A DNA stretch of 33,768 nucleotides from Patescibacteria group bacterium (lineage in GTDB: Bacteria > Patescibacteriota > Patescibacteriia > UBA2169): positions 1 through 33,768 of the forward strand of contig JAHJSI010000048.1 of the NCBI GenBank assembly GCA_018830465.1, given 5' to 3'. Positions 1 through 8,464 of the stretch are shown one piece after another (positions within the stretch are counted from its first letter, which is position 1; each line of letters opens with the position of its first letter). The position numbers and the translations under genes were made by a program. The notes beneath the pieces were generated by a model. It worked only from the letters and a program-made list of their open reading frames with translations. It was not told the DNA's origin and made no database searches.

Positions 1-23
1 AATTCTAAAACAAACTAGACACA

Positions 24-52
24 TTGTCAAAGTTCTTAATTTGTTTTATAAT
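24..52 (+). promoter_or_regulatory. candidate sigma70-type promoter for parA-parB
   Basis: TTGTCA (24-29), 17-nt spacer, TATAAT (47-52), about 80 nt upstream of the parA ATG at 131. Confidence 0.45.
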
Positions 53-130
53 TACAAGCGAGCATGAAGCGAAAGCTTGCTTTCATTTCATGCGAGCGAT
101 GTAATTACACGCATGTATAATAAAGACTAT

Positions 131-904
131 ATGGCGCGAATAATTTCAGTAGTAAACCAGAAAGGCGGGGTTGGGAAGACAACAACATCAATAAATTTGG
201 CAGTATATCTGGCTGCTCTTGGAAAATATGTTCTGCTTGTTGATTTAGACCCGCAGGCAAACGCGACAAGCGGCATTGGGATCAACTATAATGAGCTTAA
301 AAATGGCTTATATGAAGTTTTAAGCGGAAGTACGGACATACGCTCTATAATACAGCAACATGATTTAGATGGCTTAAAAATCGCGCCAGCAACTAGTGCT
401 TTAGCAGGAGCGTCAGTTGAGCTGGTAAATATAGATAGAAGGGAATTTAGGCTTTTAGATGTAGTTGATCAAGTTCGGCATGAGTTTGACTATATTATCA
501 TTGATTCTCCTCCATCTTTAGGCCTTTTGACCATAAACGGACTTGTTGCCGCTGATGAAATTTTAATCCCTGTTCAAGCAGAATATTTTGCCTTAGAAGG
601 ACTTGGGCAATTAATGAATACAATTAATTTGATAAAAGAAAATATAAAGCCAGAAGTAAAAGTATTAGGCGCGGTTCTTACAATGTATGACAGCAGACAA
701 AAATTATCAGAGCAGGTAATGCATGAATTATACCAATATTTTCCTGATAAGATTTTCAGAAGCGCAATACCGCGCAATGTAAGGCTTGCAGAGTCGCCTT
801 CATTTGGAAAATCAATTTTACATTATGATCCAAAATCAAAAGGAGCGAAAGCATACGAGAGACTTGCGAAAGAACTCCTTGAGATGCATGAAAATTATAA
901 ATAA
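131..904 (+). CDS. parA: chromosome partitioning ATPase ParA/Soj
   Basis: Frame of ORF 77-904. Deviant Walker A NQKGGVGKTTT begins a few residues after the ATG at 131. DLDPQANAT and IIIDSPPSLG motifs present. 77 (TTG) and 113 (ATG) are possible but unnecessary N-terminal extensions. Confidence 0.93.
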   Translation: MARIISVVNQKGGVGKTTTSINLAVYLAALGKYVLLVDLDPQANATSGIGINYNELKNGLYEVLSGSTDIRSIIQQHDLDGLKIAPATSALAGASVELVNIDRREFRLLDVVDQVRHEFDYIIIDSPPSLGLLTINGLVAADEILIPVQAEYFALEGLGQLMNTINLIKENIKPEVKVLGAVLTMYDSRQKLSEQVMHELYQYFPDKIFRSAIPRNVRLAESPSFGKSILHYDPKSKGAKAYERLAKELLEMHENYK

Positions 905-905
905 T

Positions 906-1775
906 ATGACAAAACAAAATTTTGGGCTTGGCCGCGGGCTTAGCTCTCTTATTCCAAATAAAGAACAAGTTGCAAGCGTGCCAGCTGGAACAGATTCTAG
1001 TGTTGGACAGATGATTGAATTAGATATTAAAAAGATACAGTCAAACAGGCACAATCCTCGCAAATTTTTTGATGAGGAAAAACTCAAAGAGCTTTCTGAA
1101 TCAATCAAAGACCATGGAATCATACAGCCTTTAGTTGTTGTTCCAAATACTAATGGAACTTATGAGCTCATAGCAGGGGAGCGGCGCCTTAGAGCGTCAA
1201 AACTTGCCGGGCTTGATAAAGTGCCTGCTATAATGCGCGAAGCAGATGAATTAGAAAGATTAGAATTAGCTTTGATTGAAAATATACAGCGCTCTGACTT
1301 GAATCCAATTGAAGAAGCTCAAGCTTACCAAAAATTAAATGATGAATTTGGATTAACCCAAGAAGAAATAGGCAAGAAGGTAAATAAAACACGGCCTTTG
1401 ATTTCAAACGCTATCCGTCTTTTAGGTCTTGCGAGCGAAATACAAAAAGCAGTCGCGGAGCGAAAAATTACAACAGGCCACGCGCGATTAATTCTTGAAA
1501 TAAAAGACGATGATAAGCGCATGCAGATGTTTAGGAAGATAATAGATCAAAAGCTTAATATCAGCGACACATCCCGCGAAGTAAAGCAAGTTGAAGTTAA
1601 CAGGCACACAAGAAAGATTATCAAAGATCCTAATATTGAAGAATACGAAAAACAACTTCGCGACAAATTAGGCACAAAGGTAATAATTGGAAGGCGTGGA
1701 ACCAAGACAGGCCTTATTACAATTGAATTTTACGGCGAGGACGAGTTAAAAGATATTATTTCAAAAATTATTTAG
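906..1775 (+). CDS. parB: chromosome partitioning protein ParB/Spo0J
   Basis: Frame of ORF 786-1775. The ATG at 906 lies 1 nt after the parA stop and gives the canonical N-terminus MTKQNFGLGRGLSSLIP. ParB box IQPLVV..YELIAGERRLRAS and HTH LTQEEIGKKVNKTRPLISN present. Confidence 0.93.
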   Translation: MTKQNFGLGRGLSSLIPNKEQVASVPAGTDSSVGQMIELDIKKIQSNRHNPRKFFDEEKLKELSESIKDHGIIQPLVVVPNTNGTYELIAGERRLRASKLAGLDKVPAIMREADELERLELALIENIQRSDLNPIEEAQAYQKLNDEFGLTQEEIGKKVNKTRPLISNAIRLLGLASEIQKAVAERKITTGHARLILEIKDDDKRMQMFRKIIDQKLNISDTSREVKQVEVNRHTRKIIKDPNIEEYEKQLRDKLGTKVIIGRRGTKTGLITIEFYGEDELKDIISKII

Positions 1776-3228
1776 ACCTGAATTCTCGTATTGTATCCCA
1801 AATGCCTTTTGAGGTGCCTGATTTTATATTGTCTTTTGCTGCTCTTGTTTTTACAAATCTTAGCCAGTCTCGGTTAGGGCCTTTTCTGTTTTTTTCTGTG
1901 ATAATTTCAACCATATCGCCGCTGCGAAGAGGCCTGTCAAGTGTTGCCAATTGATTATTTATTCTTGCTCCTGTTGCTTTGTCTCCGATTTCCGTGTGTA
2001 TATGGTACGCGAAATCAATTGGAGTAGAGTCTTCAGGCAAGTCAATGACATCTCCTTTTGGAGTGAATACAAAAATTCTATCCTGGAATACGTCAATTTT
2101 TAATGAATCAAGATATTGCTCGCTGTCTTTTAATTCTTGCTGCCATTTTGACAGATCCTGAACCCAATCAAGCTCTTTGTCCAGTTGAATTGAGCCGTGT
2201 TCATCATAATTCCAATGAGCCGCGATTCCGTATTCAGCGTCCTTGTGCATTTCCAAAGTTCTTATTTGTATTTCTATTGTTTTGCCATGTTCAAAAAATA
2301 TTGTTGTGTGCAATGATTGGTATTTATTTGGTTTTGGCTGGGCAATGTAATCTTTAAACCTGTTTGGCACAAATCTCCATTTGTTGTGCACTATTCCAAG
2401 CGCTTTATAGCAGTCAGCAATAGTTGGAACCACCACGCGCAAAGCAATGATGTCATGGATTCTGTGCAGTTCATTATTATGTTTTTGAAGTTTTTGATAC
2501 AAACTCCAAAGGTCTTTGGTTCTGCCTGATATTTCAATGGTTCTGATTTTTTCTTTTCCAAGCTCTTTGCGCACTTTGGCGCACATATTTGAGAGTATTG
2601 CTTCGCGGTTTTTGAAATGACTGTCTATTGCTTGTTTTAGCGAAGTGTATTCTTTTGGATATAAATATTTGAATGACAAATCCTCAAGCTTTCCTTTGAT
2701 TTGCCAAATGCCTAAGCGATTAGCGATTGGCGCGTAAATTTCCAAAGTTTCCCTTGCTATGCGCTCTTGCTTTCTGCCTTCTAATGCTTCAAGAGTTTTC
2801 AGATTATGCAGTCTGTCCGCGAATTTTATAAATATAACTCTAATGTCTGACGCCATTGCAATGAACATTTTGCGGAGATTTTCTATGTACCGCTCAATGC
2901 CCCTGTATTTTAGTTTCCCGAGATTGGTAATCCCTTCAACTAATTTCGCGACATCTTTTCCAAATTCTTTTTCAATGTCTTTTAACGTCTTATTTGTGTC
3001 TTCTGGCACATCATGCAATAAGCCGGCTATTATTGTGTCCTGGTCAAGATGGTATTTTGCCAGTGTGATTGCCGTGTTCAGCGAGTGATTAATATATGAC
3101 TCTCCATTTTTTCTTTTTTGGCCTTTGTGCGCTTCATCCGCGAAATCAAAAGCCAACCTAACAAGGTCTTTATCAACTTGCAGATTTTCTTGGTTTATTG
3201 TTTTGATTAGATCGTTTATTGACGGCAT
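1768..3228 (-). CDS. rel: short RelA/SpoT-homologue (p)ppGpp synthetase/hydrolase (HD + synthetase + TGS, no ACT/RRM tail)
   Basis: 486-aa ORF. HD motif LLHDVPEDT; synthetase core (DIIALRVVV, YIAQPKPNKYQSLHTT, IEIQIRT); TGS (IFVFTPKGDVIDLPEDSTPIDFAYHIH). The protein ends shortly after TGS. Its stop overlaps the parB stop convergently (1768-1775). Confidence 0.9.
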   Translation of the reverse strand: MPSINDLIKTINQENLQVDKDLVRLAFDFADEAHKGQKRKNGESYINHSLNTAITLAKYHLDQDTIIAGLLHDVPEDTNKTLKDIEKEFGKDVAKLVEGITNLGKLKYRGIERYIENLRKMFIAMASDIRVIFIKFADRLHNLKTLEALEGRKQERIARETLEIYAPIANRLGIWQIKGKLEDLSFKYLYPKEYTSLKQAIDSHFKNREAILSNMCAKVRKELGKEKIRTIEISGRTKDLWSLYQKLQKHNNELHRIHDIIALRVVVPTIADCYKALGIVHNKWRFVPNRFKDYIAQPKPNKYQSLHTTIFFEHGKTIEIQIRTLEMHKDAEYGIAAHWNYDEHGSIQLDKELDWVQDLSKWQQELKDSEQYLDSLKIDVFQDRIFVFTPKGDVIDLPEDSTPIDFAYHIHTEIGDKATGARINNQLATLDRPLRSGDMVEIITEKNRKGPNRDWLRFVKTRAAKDNIKSGTSKGIWDTIREFRSK

Positions 3229-3238
3229 ACTTAATTTT

Positions 3239-5488
3239 TTATTCTGCGTCTTTTATGAATTTGCATTCTTTGCTGGAACATTTGTATGTATCTTTTGGAC
3301 CGTATACAAGCTGGGAGCCGCATTCTGGACATTTTTCTCCAACAGGTTTTGCAAAGAAAGCTGTTTTGCATGCAGGATATTGGTTGCAGGCGAAAAAGGT
3401 TCTGCCTTTTTTAGATTTTTTTTCTATGATTTCACCTTTGCCGCATTCTGGGCAAGTGACGCCTGTTCCTTTTTCAATGTTTTTTATTCCTTTGCAATCT
3501 GGATATTTTGAACATCCAAGGAACTTGCCGTATCTTCCATGCTTAACCTGCATAGCAGCGCCGCATTTTTCGCATTTTTCATTTGTTGTTTCCACTTCTT
3601 CTGGTTCTCCATCTTCTCCTAATGGCTTTGTGTTCTTGCATTCAGGATAACCTGTGCAAGCTAGGAACCGTCCGAATCTGCCTGTTTTTATAATCATTTC
3701 CTTCCCGCATTTGCCGCATTTTTCATCTGTTTTTTCTTCTGTTAAATTTTTTTTATCTAACGTTTTTGTTTTTTCCATAAGATTTTTTTTAAATGGTTCA
3801 TAAAATTCAGATATTGCCTTTTCCCAATCAAGCTTTCCTTCCGCGATTTCATCAAGCTCATCTTCCATGCGAGCCGTGAATTTGTAATCAACAATTTTTG
3901 GGAAATGCTCAACTAAAATATCAATGACAAGAAAAGCAATGTCAGTCGGCTTTAGGCGCCTGTTTTCAATACGATCAACATATCCGCGGTCAATCACAGT
4001 GCTGATGGTCGGCGCGTAAGTGGAAGGCCGTCCAATTTCATTTTCTTCCAATGTTTTAACAAGGGACGCGTCAGAGTATCTAGCTGGGGGTTCTGTAAAA
4101 TGCTGATTAGGATCAATTTTAGCTGGATCAACTTTTTCATCCTGCTCAAGTTCTGGGAGAATATCTTCTTTTTGAACTGCTTTATAGATTTTCAAAAATC
4201 CATCAAACTTGATTGTTTGGCCTGTTGCCCGGAATGTGTATGTTGCGTCTGTTTTCGCGCTTACATCTATAGATGTGTTATCCATTATTGCTTCTGGCAT
4301 TTGAGACGCGACAGCGCGCCTCCAGATTAAATCATATAATCTGTGCTGGTTTTTATCTAAACTGTGATTAATTATATCAGGGCTTTGAGCGGCTTCCGTG
4401 GGTCTGATTGCTTCATGCGCTTCTTGAGCTGTTTTTGATTTTGTTTTAAATACTCTTGGCTTGTCTAATATATATTCTTTGCCAAACGTTTTTTCTAAAT
4501 ACTGCTTTGCATCGCCCAAAAATTTGCTGGATAAATTCAAAGAGTCAGTGCGCATATATGTGATATATCCTTGCTCATACAATTGCTGCGCTACGCGCAT
4601 TGTCTGCTTTGATGAAAATCCTAGTTTTCTGTTTGCTTCTTGCTGAAGAGTTGAAGTAGTAAATGGGGCATATGGATTTTTTTCGGTTTCTTTTTTCTCA
4701 ATGCGCGTTATTGTATAATCTGCGTCTTTCAGGGCGTCCATGATTTGTTTGGCATGCTTCTCATCCGCAATTTCAAATTTATCCAAAGATCCTTCGTTTA
4801 TTGAATGAAGCTTTGCAGAAAAATATCCTTGAGGAAGATTTTTTGGGTCAAGAGTCGTATTTGCGTCTATAGAGACGCCCCCATGGGGCGTCTTTACAAA
4901 GATAGCATCAATGGTCCAATATTCTTTTGCTTCAAATTGCTTGATTTCACGCTCTCTCTCAACAATTAATCTAACTGCGACTGATTGCACTCTGCCAGCG
5001 CTAAGGCCGCGAGCGACTTTTTTCCAAAGAAAAGGTGATAGCTCATATCCAACTAATCTATCTAAGATTCTGCGCGCTTGCTGTGCGTTTACTCGCTGCA
5101 TGTCAATGTCGCGCGGATTCTTTAAAGATTCATCAATTGCGGATTTTGTAATTTCATGAAAAGTAATTCTTTTTACTTGTTCTTTTTTTGGTTTTAATAG
5201 CTCAACTAAATGCCAAGCAATTGCCTCGCCTTCTCGATCTTCGTCAGTTGCGAAGTAGATATATTTACTATTTTTAGCTGCCTTTTTTAAATCAGCAACA
5301 ACTTTTTTCTTATCCTTGTCTTCCACAACATATGTAGGAGTAAAATGGTCGTCAACATCAATACCCATCTCCTTTTTAGGAAGATCTCGTATGTGTCCGA
5401 ATGATGATTTGATTATGTATCCTTTTCCAAGAAATTTTGTGATTGTCTTGGCTTTAGTTGGGGATTCTACGATTACAAGATTTGACAT
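3239..5488 (-). CDS. topA: DNA topoisomerase I
   Basis: 749-aa ORF. TOPRIM (LVIVESPTKAKTI, DEDREGEAIAWH), catalytic Tyr motif GYITYMRTDS, and four C-terminal Cys4 zinc ribbons (CGKCG..CTGYPEC, CEKCG..CSKYPDC, CPECG..CNQYPAC, CPECG..CSSKEC). Confidence 0.95.
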   Translation of the reverse strand: MSNLVIVESPTKAKTITKFLGKGYIIKSSFGHIRDLPKKEMGIDVDDHFTPTYVVEDKDKKKVVADLKKAAKNSKYIYFATDEDREGEAIAWHLVELLKPKKEQVKRITFHEITKSAIDESLKNPRDIDMQRVNAQQARRILDRLVGYELSPFLWKKVARGLSAGRVQSVAVRLIVEREREIKQFEAKEYWTIDAIFVKTPHGGVSIDANTTLDPKNLPQGYFSAKLHSINEGSLDKFEIADEKHAKQIMDALKDADYTITRIEKKETEKNPYAPFTTSTLQQEANRKLGFSSKQTMRVAQQLYEQGYITYMRTDSLNLSSKFLGDAKQYLEKTFGKEYILDKPRVFKTKSKTAQEAHEAIRPTEAAQSPDIINHSLDKNQHRLYDLIWRRAVASQMPEAIMDNTSIDVSAKTDATYTFRATGQTIKFDGFLKIYKAVQKEDILPELEQDEKVDPAKIDPNQHFTEPPARYSDASLVKTLEENEIGRPSTYAPTISTVIDRGYVDRIENRRLKPTDIAFLVIDILVEHFPKIVDYKFTARMEDELDEIAEGKLDWEKAISEFYEPFKKNLMEKTKTLDKKNLTEEKTDEKCGKCGKEMIIKTGRFGRFLACTGYPECKNTKPLGEDGEPEEVETTNEKCEKCGAAMQVKHGRYGKFLGCSKYPDCKGIKNIEKGTGVTCPECGKGEIIEKKSKKGRTFFACNQYPACKTAFFAKPVGEKCPECGSQLVYGPKDTYKCSSKECKFIKDAE
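4863..4893. repeat. GC-rich overlapping double hairpin inside topA
   Basis: GCGTCT-ATAG-AGACGC (4863-4878) overlaps GACGCCCC-CAT-GGGGCGTC (4874-4892; 8 G/C-rich bp, 3-nt loop). On the minus strand it encodes KTPHGGVSID. It is conspicuously GC-rich in an AT-rich gene. Confidence 0.4.
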
Positions 5489-6810
5489 GTTTCTCTATTG
5501 TTTAATATAAATTTTTCTTTTATCCAATATTTTCGCAATTTACCTGTTAAATAAAGCGAGCCAGTGATGAGAAGCGCGTCATTTGTGCGCAGTTTTTTTA
5601 TTGTCTGCTTCAATGCTTTTAGCGAATCATGTTGAATGGATTTCTTTTTAAGTTTTTTGGCGTCAGCCAAAGGCTGGTCAGCCTCTGGCTGAAATTTTGA
5701 AAGTGTTTCTGGGGCATAAGATGTCCTGTCCGCGGTTTTAAATTCAGTAAATACTATTTTATCTGAATACGGAAGTATTATGCTGATCATTTTGCGCGCG
5801 TCTTTTGTATTGCTAGCAGCAAAGATAGTATATAGTTTATCATATGTCAAATTTTTTAGGTTGTGGACAACGCTTTTCATCTTGTCTGGATTATGCGCGC
5901 CATCAAGTATAATTAATGGATTTTTTTGCATGATTTCAAAGCGGCAAGGGAGAAGTTGTGTGCTTTTTATTGCAGATGAGATAATATTATTTTTAATGCC
6001 AATGTGTTTGGCAATTGCTTTAGCTAATGCTTTGTTTGCTAATTGGAATTTATTGTCTGATTTAATATGATGATATGATGTTTTTTTGCTTTTACAGATT
6101 TGTTTGAAGATTTTTAGAATATGAGGTCTTTTTTCGGTTGTGAAGAAATGCGTATTTAATTTTATAATTCCTGCTTTTTCTTTCGCGATTTTTGGCAATG
6201 TCTTTCCAAGAAGATGCGTATGGTCTAATCCAATATTTGTGCAAGCGCTGATTGATTTTTTAATAATATTTCCAGCGTCATATCTTCCACCGCATCCAAC
6301 TTCTAAAATTACGTAATCGCATTTCATTTTTTTGAAATATAGAATAGAGAGCGCGAAAAAGATTTCAAAATAGCTTGGCCTGCCGTATTTATAATTTTTT
6401 TCTCCGCCCAAGGAGGATCCGCATTGGGCGGACATGTCATTTATAATAGGTTTAACTTCATCAACAAGTTGCGCGAATACAAGAGGATCAATGAGCTTAT
6501 CATCAACCTTAATTTTTTCAATCGAAGTTGTGCAGTATGGGGAAGTAAAGGAGCCAACTTTAAACCCTGCTTTATATAATATGTTATGCAGATACGCTAC
6601 AGTAGAGCCCTTGCCTGATGTGCCGCTTATGTGTATAAAGCGAAAACCTCTCACAGGATTGTGGAGGCGTTTTATCAATTCTTGGGTACGTTTTAAGTAT
6701 TGCTCTGGCTGCGCGCTGTGCTTTTTCATGTATGCCTGGTCATGCGCGCTTGATGCGAGAGTTTCCAGATATTTGACAGCAGAGTAATATTTTTTAAATG
6801 ATTTAGTCAT
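5473..6810 (-). CDS. folC: Mur-ligase family protein, folylpolyglutamate synthase-like
   Basis: 445-aa ORF. P-loop HISGTSGKGST, plus NIGLDH and DGAHNP motifs typical of FolC/Mur ligases. The stop overlaps the topA start by 16 nt. FolC versus another Mur-ligase paralogue cannot be settled by eye. Confidence 0.7.
   Translation of the reverse strand: MTKSFKKYYSAVKYLETLASSAHDQAYMKKHSAQPEQYLKRTQELIKRLHNPVRGFRFIHISGTSGKGSTVAYLHNILYKAGFKVGSFTSPYCTTSIEKIKVDDKLIDPLVFAQLVDEVKPIINDMSAQCGSSLGGEKNYKYGRPSYFEIFFALSILYFKKMKCDYVILEVGCGGRYDAGNIIKKSISACTNIGLDHTHLLGKTLPKIAKEKAGIIKLNTHFFTTEKRPHILKIFKQICKSKKTSYHHIKSDNKFQLANKALAKAIAKHIGIKNNIISSAIKSTQLLPCRFEIMQKNPLIILDGAHNPDKMKSVVHNLKNLTYDKLYTIFAASNTKDARKMISIILPYSDKIVFTEFKTADRTSYAPETLSKFQPEADQPLADAKKLKKKSIQHDSLKALKQTIKKLRTNDALLITGSLYLTGKLRKYWIKEKFILNNRETCQIL
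5663..5692. repeat. 30-nt GC-rich double-hairpin repeat, copy A (in-frame in folC)
   Basis: TCAGCCAAAGGCTGGTCAGCCTCTGGCTGA. 25/30 identical to the prfB copy. Its reverse complement is 26/30 identical to the comEC copy. Encodes QPEADQPLAD in folC (minus strand). Confidence 0.8.
6403..6432. repeat. possible diverged copy of the 30-nt repeat (in-frame in folC)
   Basis: The reverse complement TCCGCCCAATGCGGATCCTCCTTGGGCGGA matches the comEC copy at 20/30 positions. It is 30 nt long and sits in the same codon phase, encoding SAQCGSSLGG versus SARGGPASGW. It also forms a 9-bp stem, TCCGCCCAA/TTGGGCGGA. Confidence 0.35.
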
Positions 6811-6811
6811 G

Positions 6812-6952
6812 TTATTCTCGTTTGTCTTTTCGCAGCCACCAGACTAATCCATATACCAGAGGAGTGTCTATTAACGCGAACGCGACTTTGAAAAGCCAGT
6901 AGGGGATAATTAATGAAAAGATTGATAGTTTCTGCCGAGTTGAAATTTTCAT
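6812..6952 (-). CDS. candidate 46-aa small membrane protein (below ORF-track cutoff)
   Basis: ATG 6952-6950 to TAA 6814-6812: MKISTRQKLSIFSLIIPYWLFKVAFALIDTPLVYGLVWWLRKDKRE. Hydrophobic core with basic ends. It fills the dprA-folC gap, starting 10 nt after the dprA stop and stopping 1 nt before the folC ATG. No SD, so it could be chance. Confidence 0.4.
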   Translation of the reverse strand: MKISTRQKLSIFSLIIPYWLFKVAFALIDTPLVYGLVWWLRKDKRE

Positions 6953-6962
6953 AAGATATAAG

Positions 6963-8060
6963 TTAGCGCGCTAACGCGTATTTCATCGCGCCTATGTGTT
7001 TTACTTTACCTTTCATTTCCATAAGCGTTAATGTTGCATTTATAGCGCTTGTTGGCATTTTAGTCAAGCGCGTGAGCTCATCAGCGTGGATTGGCTCAAG
7101 TGATAAGTGTTCTAGAATTTTTGCCTCGTCCGCGCTGTCCGCGGTTATTTTTTGAGCCGCGATATAATCAGTTGCTTGCTTCAGATTAAGAGCGTCTAAA
7201 ATGTCTTGAGCGTTTGTGACTGGATGAGCTCCCATTTTTATTAAATTATTCGTGCCAAAAGATGTCTCGCTTGTAATTGTGCCTGGCACCGCGAAAACTT
7301 CTCTGTTTTGATCTAAGGCATGGCGCGCTGTAATTAAGGCGCCTGATTTTTCCGCTGCTTCTACAATAAGAGTTCCAAGCGATAGGCCGGAGATTACTCT
7401 GTTGCGCTGTGGAAAATGCTGTTTATATGGAGGAGTGCCTATTGGATGCTCTGATATAATGCATCCTCCTGTGTTTATTATTTTTTCTGAAAGCATTCTA
7501 TTATGAACTGGATAAATATTTATTTTTTCAATCCCGCACCCTAAAACAGCGACTGTTTTTCCGCACGCGTCTAAACATGCTTGATGAGCTATCGCATCAA
7601 TTCCCAAAGCTAAGCCGCTTACAATTATAATGCCGTTTCGCGCGAGTTCTGATGTGATTATTTGCGCTGCTTGTTTTCCGTATTCTGAAAATTTTCTTGA
7701 GCCAATCACTGCTAAAAGAAAATCATCATCATTAGGCAAGGCGCCTCTATAGAATAGGGTAGGAGGCGGATCATAAACTTCTTTTAAAAGTTTTGGATAT
7801 TTTTCATCTTCTAGCGTGAGTATTGTAATTCCTTCTTTTTCATGATTTTCCATTTCTTGGTCTAAATTAATCTCCGCGCGCATGCGAATGAATTCTGCAA
7901 TGCATTTTTCACCAAATCCAAGTTGCTCTAACTTGGTCATTGGAACATTCCACGCATCTTCTAAAGATGAGCAAAATTTATATAATTTACTGAATCTTTT
8001 TGGGCCAATGCATGGAATTTTGGCTAATCCTAGCCAGTATTTTGTGTTTTTGTTTGACAT
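6963..8060 (-). CDS. dprA: DNA processing protein DprA/Smf
   Basis: 365-aa ORF. Rossmann-like core GSRKFSEYGKQ..IIVSGLALGIDAIAHQ and LIVEAAEKSGALITARHALDQNREVFAVPG, with a C-terminal winged-helix-like tail. The dprA-topA neighbourhood is common in bacteria. Confidence 0.92.
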   Translation of the reverse strand: MSNKNTKYWLGLAKIPCIGPKRFSKLYKFCSSLEDAWNVPMTKLEQLGFGEKCIAEFIRMRAEINLDQEMENHEKEGITILTLEDEKYPKLLKEVYDPPPTLFYRGALPNDDDFLLAVIGSRKFSEYGKQAAQIITSELARNGIIIVSGLALGIDAIAHQACLDACGKTVAVLGCGIEKINIYPVHNRMLSEKIINTGGCIISEHPIGTPPYKQHFPQRNRVISGLSLGTLIVEAAEKSGALITARHALDQNREVFAVPGTITSETSFGTNNLIKMGAHPVTNAQDILDALNLKQATDYIAAQKITADSADEAKILEHLSLEPIHADELTRLTKMPTSAINATLTLMEMKGKVKHIGAMKYALAR

Positions 8061-8081
8061 TTTTTATGTTTGTGGTATAAT
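8054..8081 (+). promoter_or_regulatory. near-consensus extended -10 promoter for the 8141 small gene
   Basis: TTGACA (8054-8059, overlapping the dprA start codon on the other strand), 16-nt spacer containing TGg, TATAAT (8076-8081). Confidence 0.65.
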
Positions 8082-8140
8082 ATTGGACATTAACAATCAA
8101 GAAATATCCTATTCAATCTTTCATGCGCAAGGAGAGACTC

Positions 8141-8440
8141 ATGACAAAGAAAGAAAAGGCGCAAGCGATTGCAATGCATTCCGCGATGCAAGAGGCAGGA
8201 ATTTCAGCAAACATGATTCTCAAGTTTGCCACAACGCCAGAGGTCCATGGATATTATAGGGGTCTGTTTCTCGCTAGCCATCGCCAGTCAAACCCCTATA
8301 TCCTCATTCGCAAGATTGAGGAGCGCAAGAAGAATGGCTTGCGCATGAACCAGCGCAGACAGCCGACAGCTCGTTCAATCCATCGGACTCGCCTTGTCAT
8401 TGAGAGGCACAAGAACGGCCAACAGCTCGCACTTTTCTAA
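8141..8440 (+). CDS. orphan basic small protein (99 aa), GC-rich relative to flanks
   Basis: AAGGAGAG (8129-8136) lies 4 nt before the ATG at 8141. The ORF-track start at 8123 has no SD. Product: MTKKEKAQAIAMHSAMQEAG...RKKNGLRMNQRRQPTARSIHRTRLVIERHKNGQQLALF. It has its own promoter and terminator. No family recognised. Confidence 0.6.
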   Translation: MTKKEKAQAIAMHSAMQEAGISANMILKFATTPEVHGYYRGLFLASHRQSNPYILIRKIEERKKNGLRMNQRRQPTARSIHRTRLVIERHKNGQQLALF

Positions 8441-8464
8441 GATCCCTGGGATTATATCACAAGA

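Noticed and set aside
77-130. N-terminal extensions of parA (TTG 77 or ATG 113), and of parB (ATG 786, which overlaps parA by about 120 nt).
   Set aside because: The Walker A box follows the 131 ATG at the usual distance. The parB 906 ATG gives the canonical ParB N-terminus and non-overlapping gene packing.
6962-6975. Perfect 14-nt palindrome GTTAGCGCGCTAAC overlapping the dprA stop codon.
   Set aside because: It is a single occurrence composed of Ala/Arg codons plus the stop, with no partner sites seen. I could not distinguish it from chance.
7882-8259. 125-aa + strand ORF spanning the dprA 5' end, the promoter and part of the 8141 gene.
   Set aside because: It crosses a promoter and an SD/ATG in another frame and is antisense to dprA for half its length. 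It has no start context.
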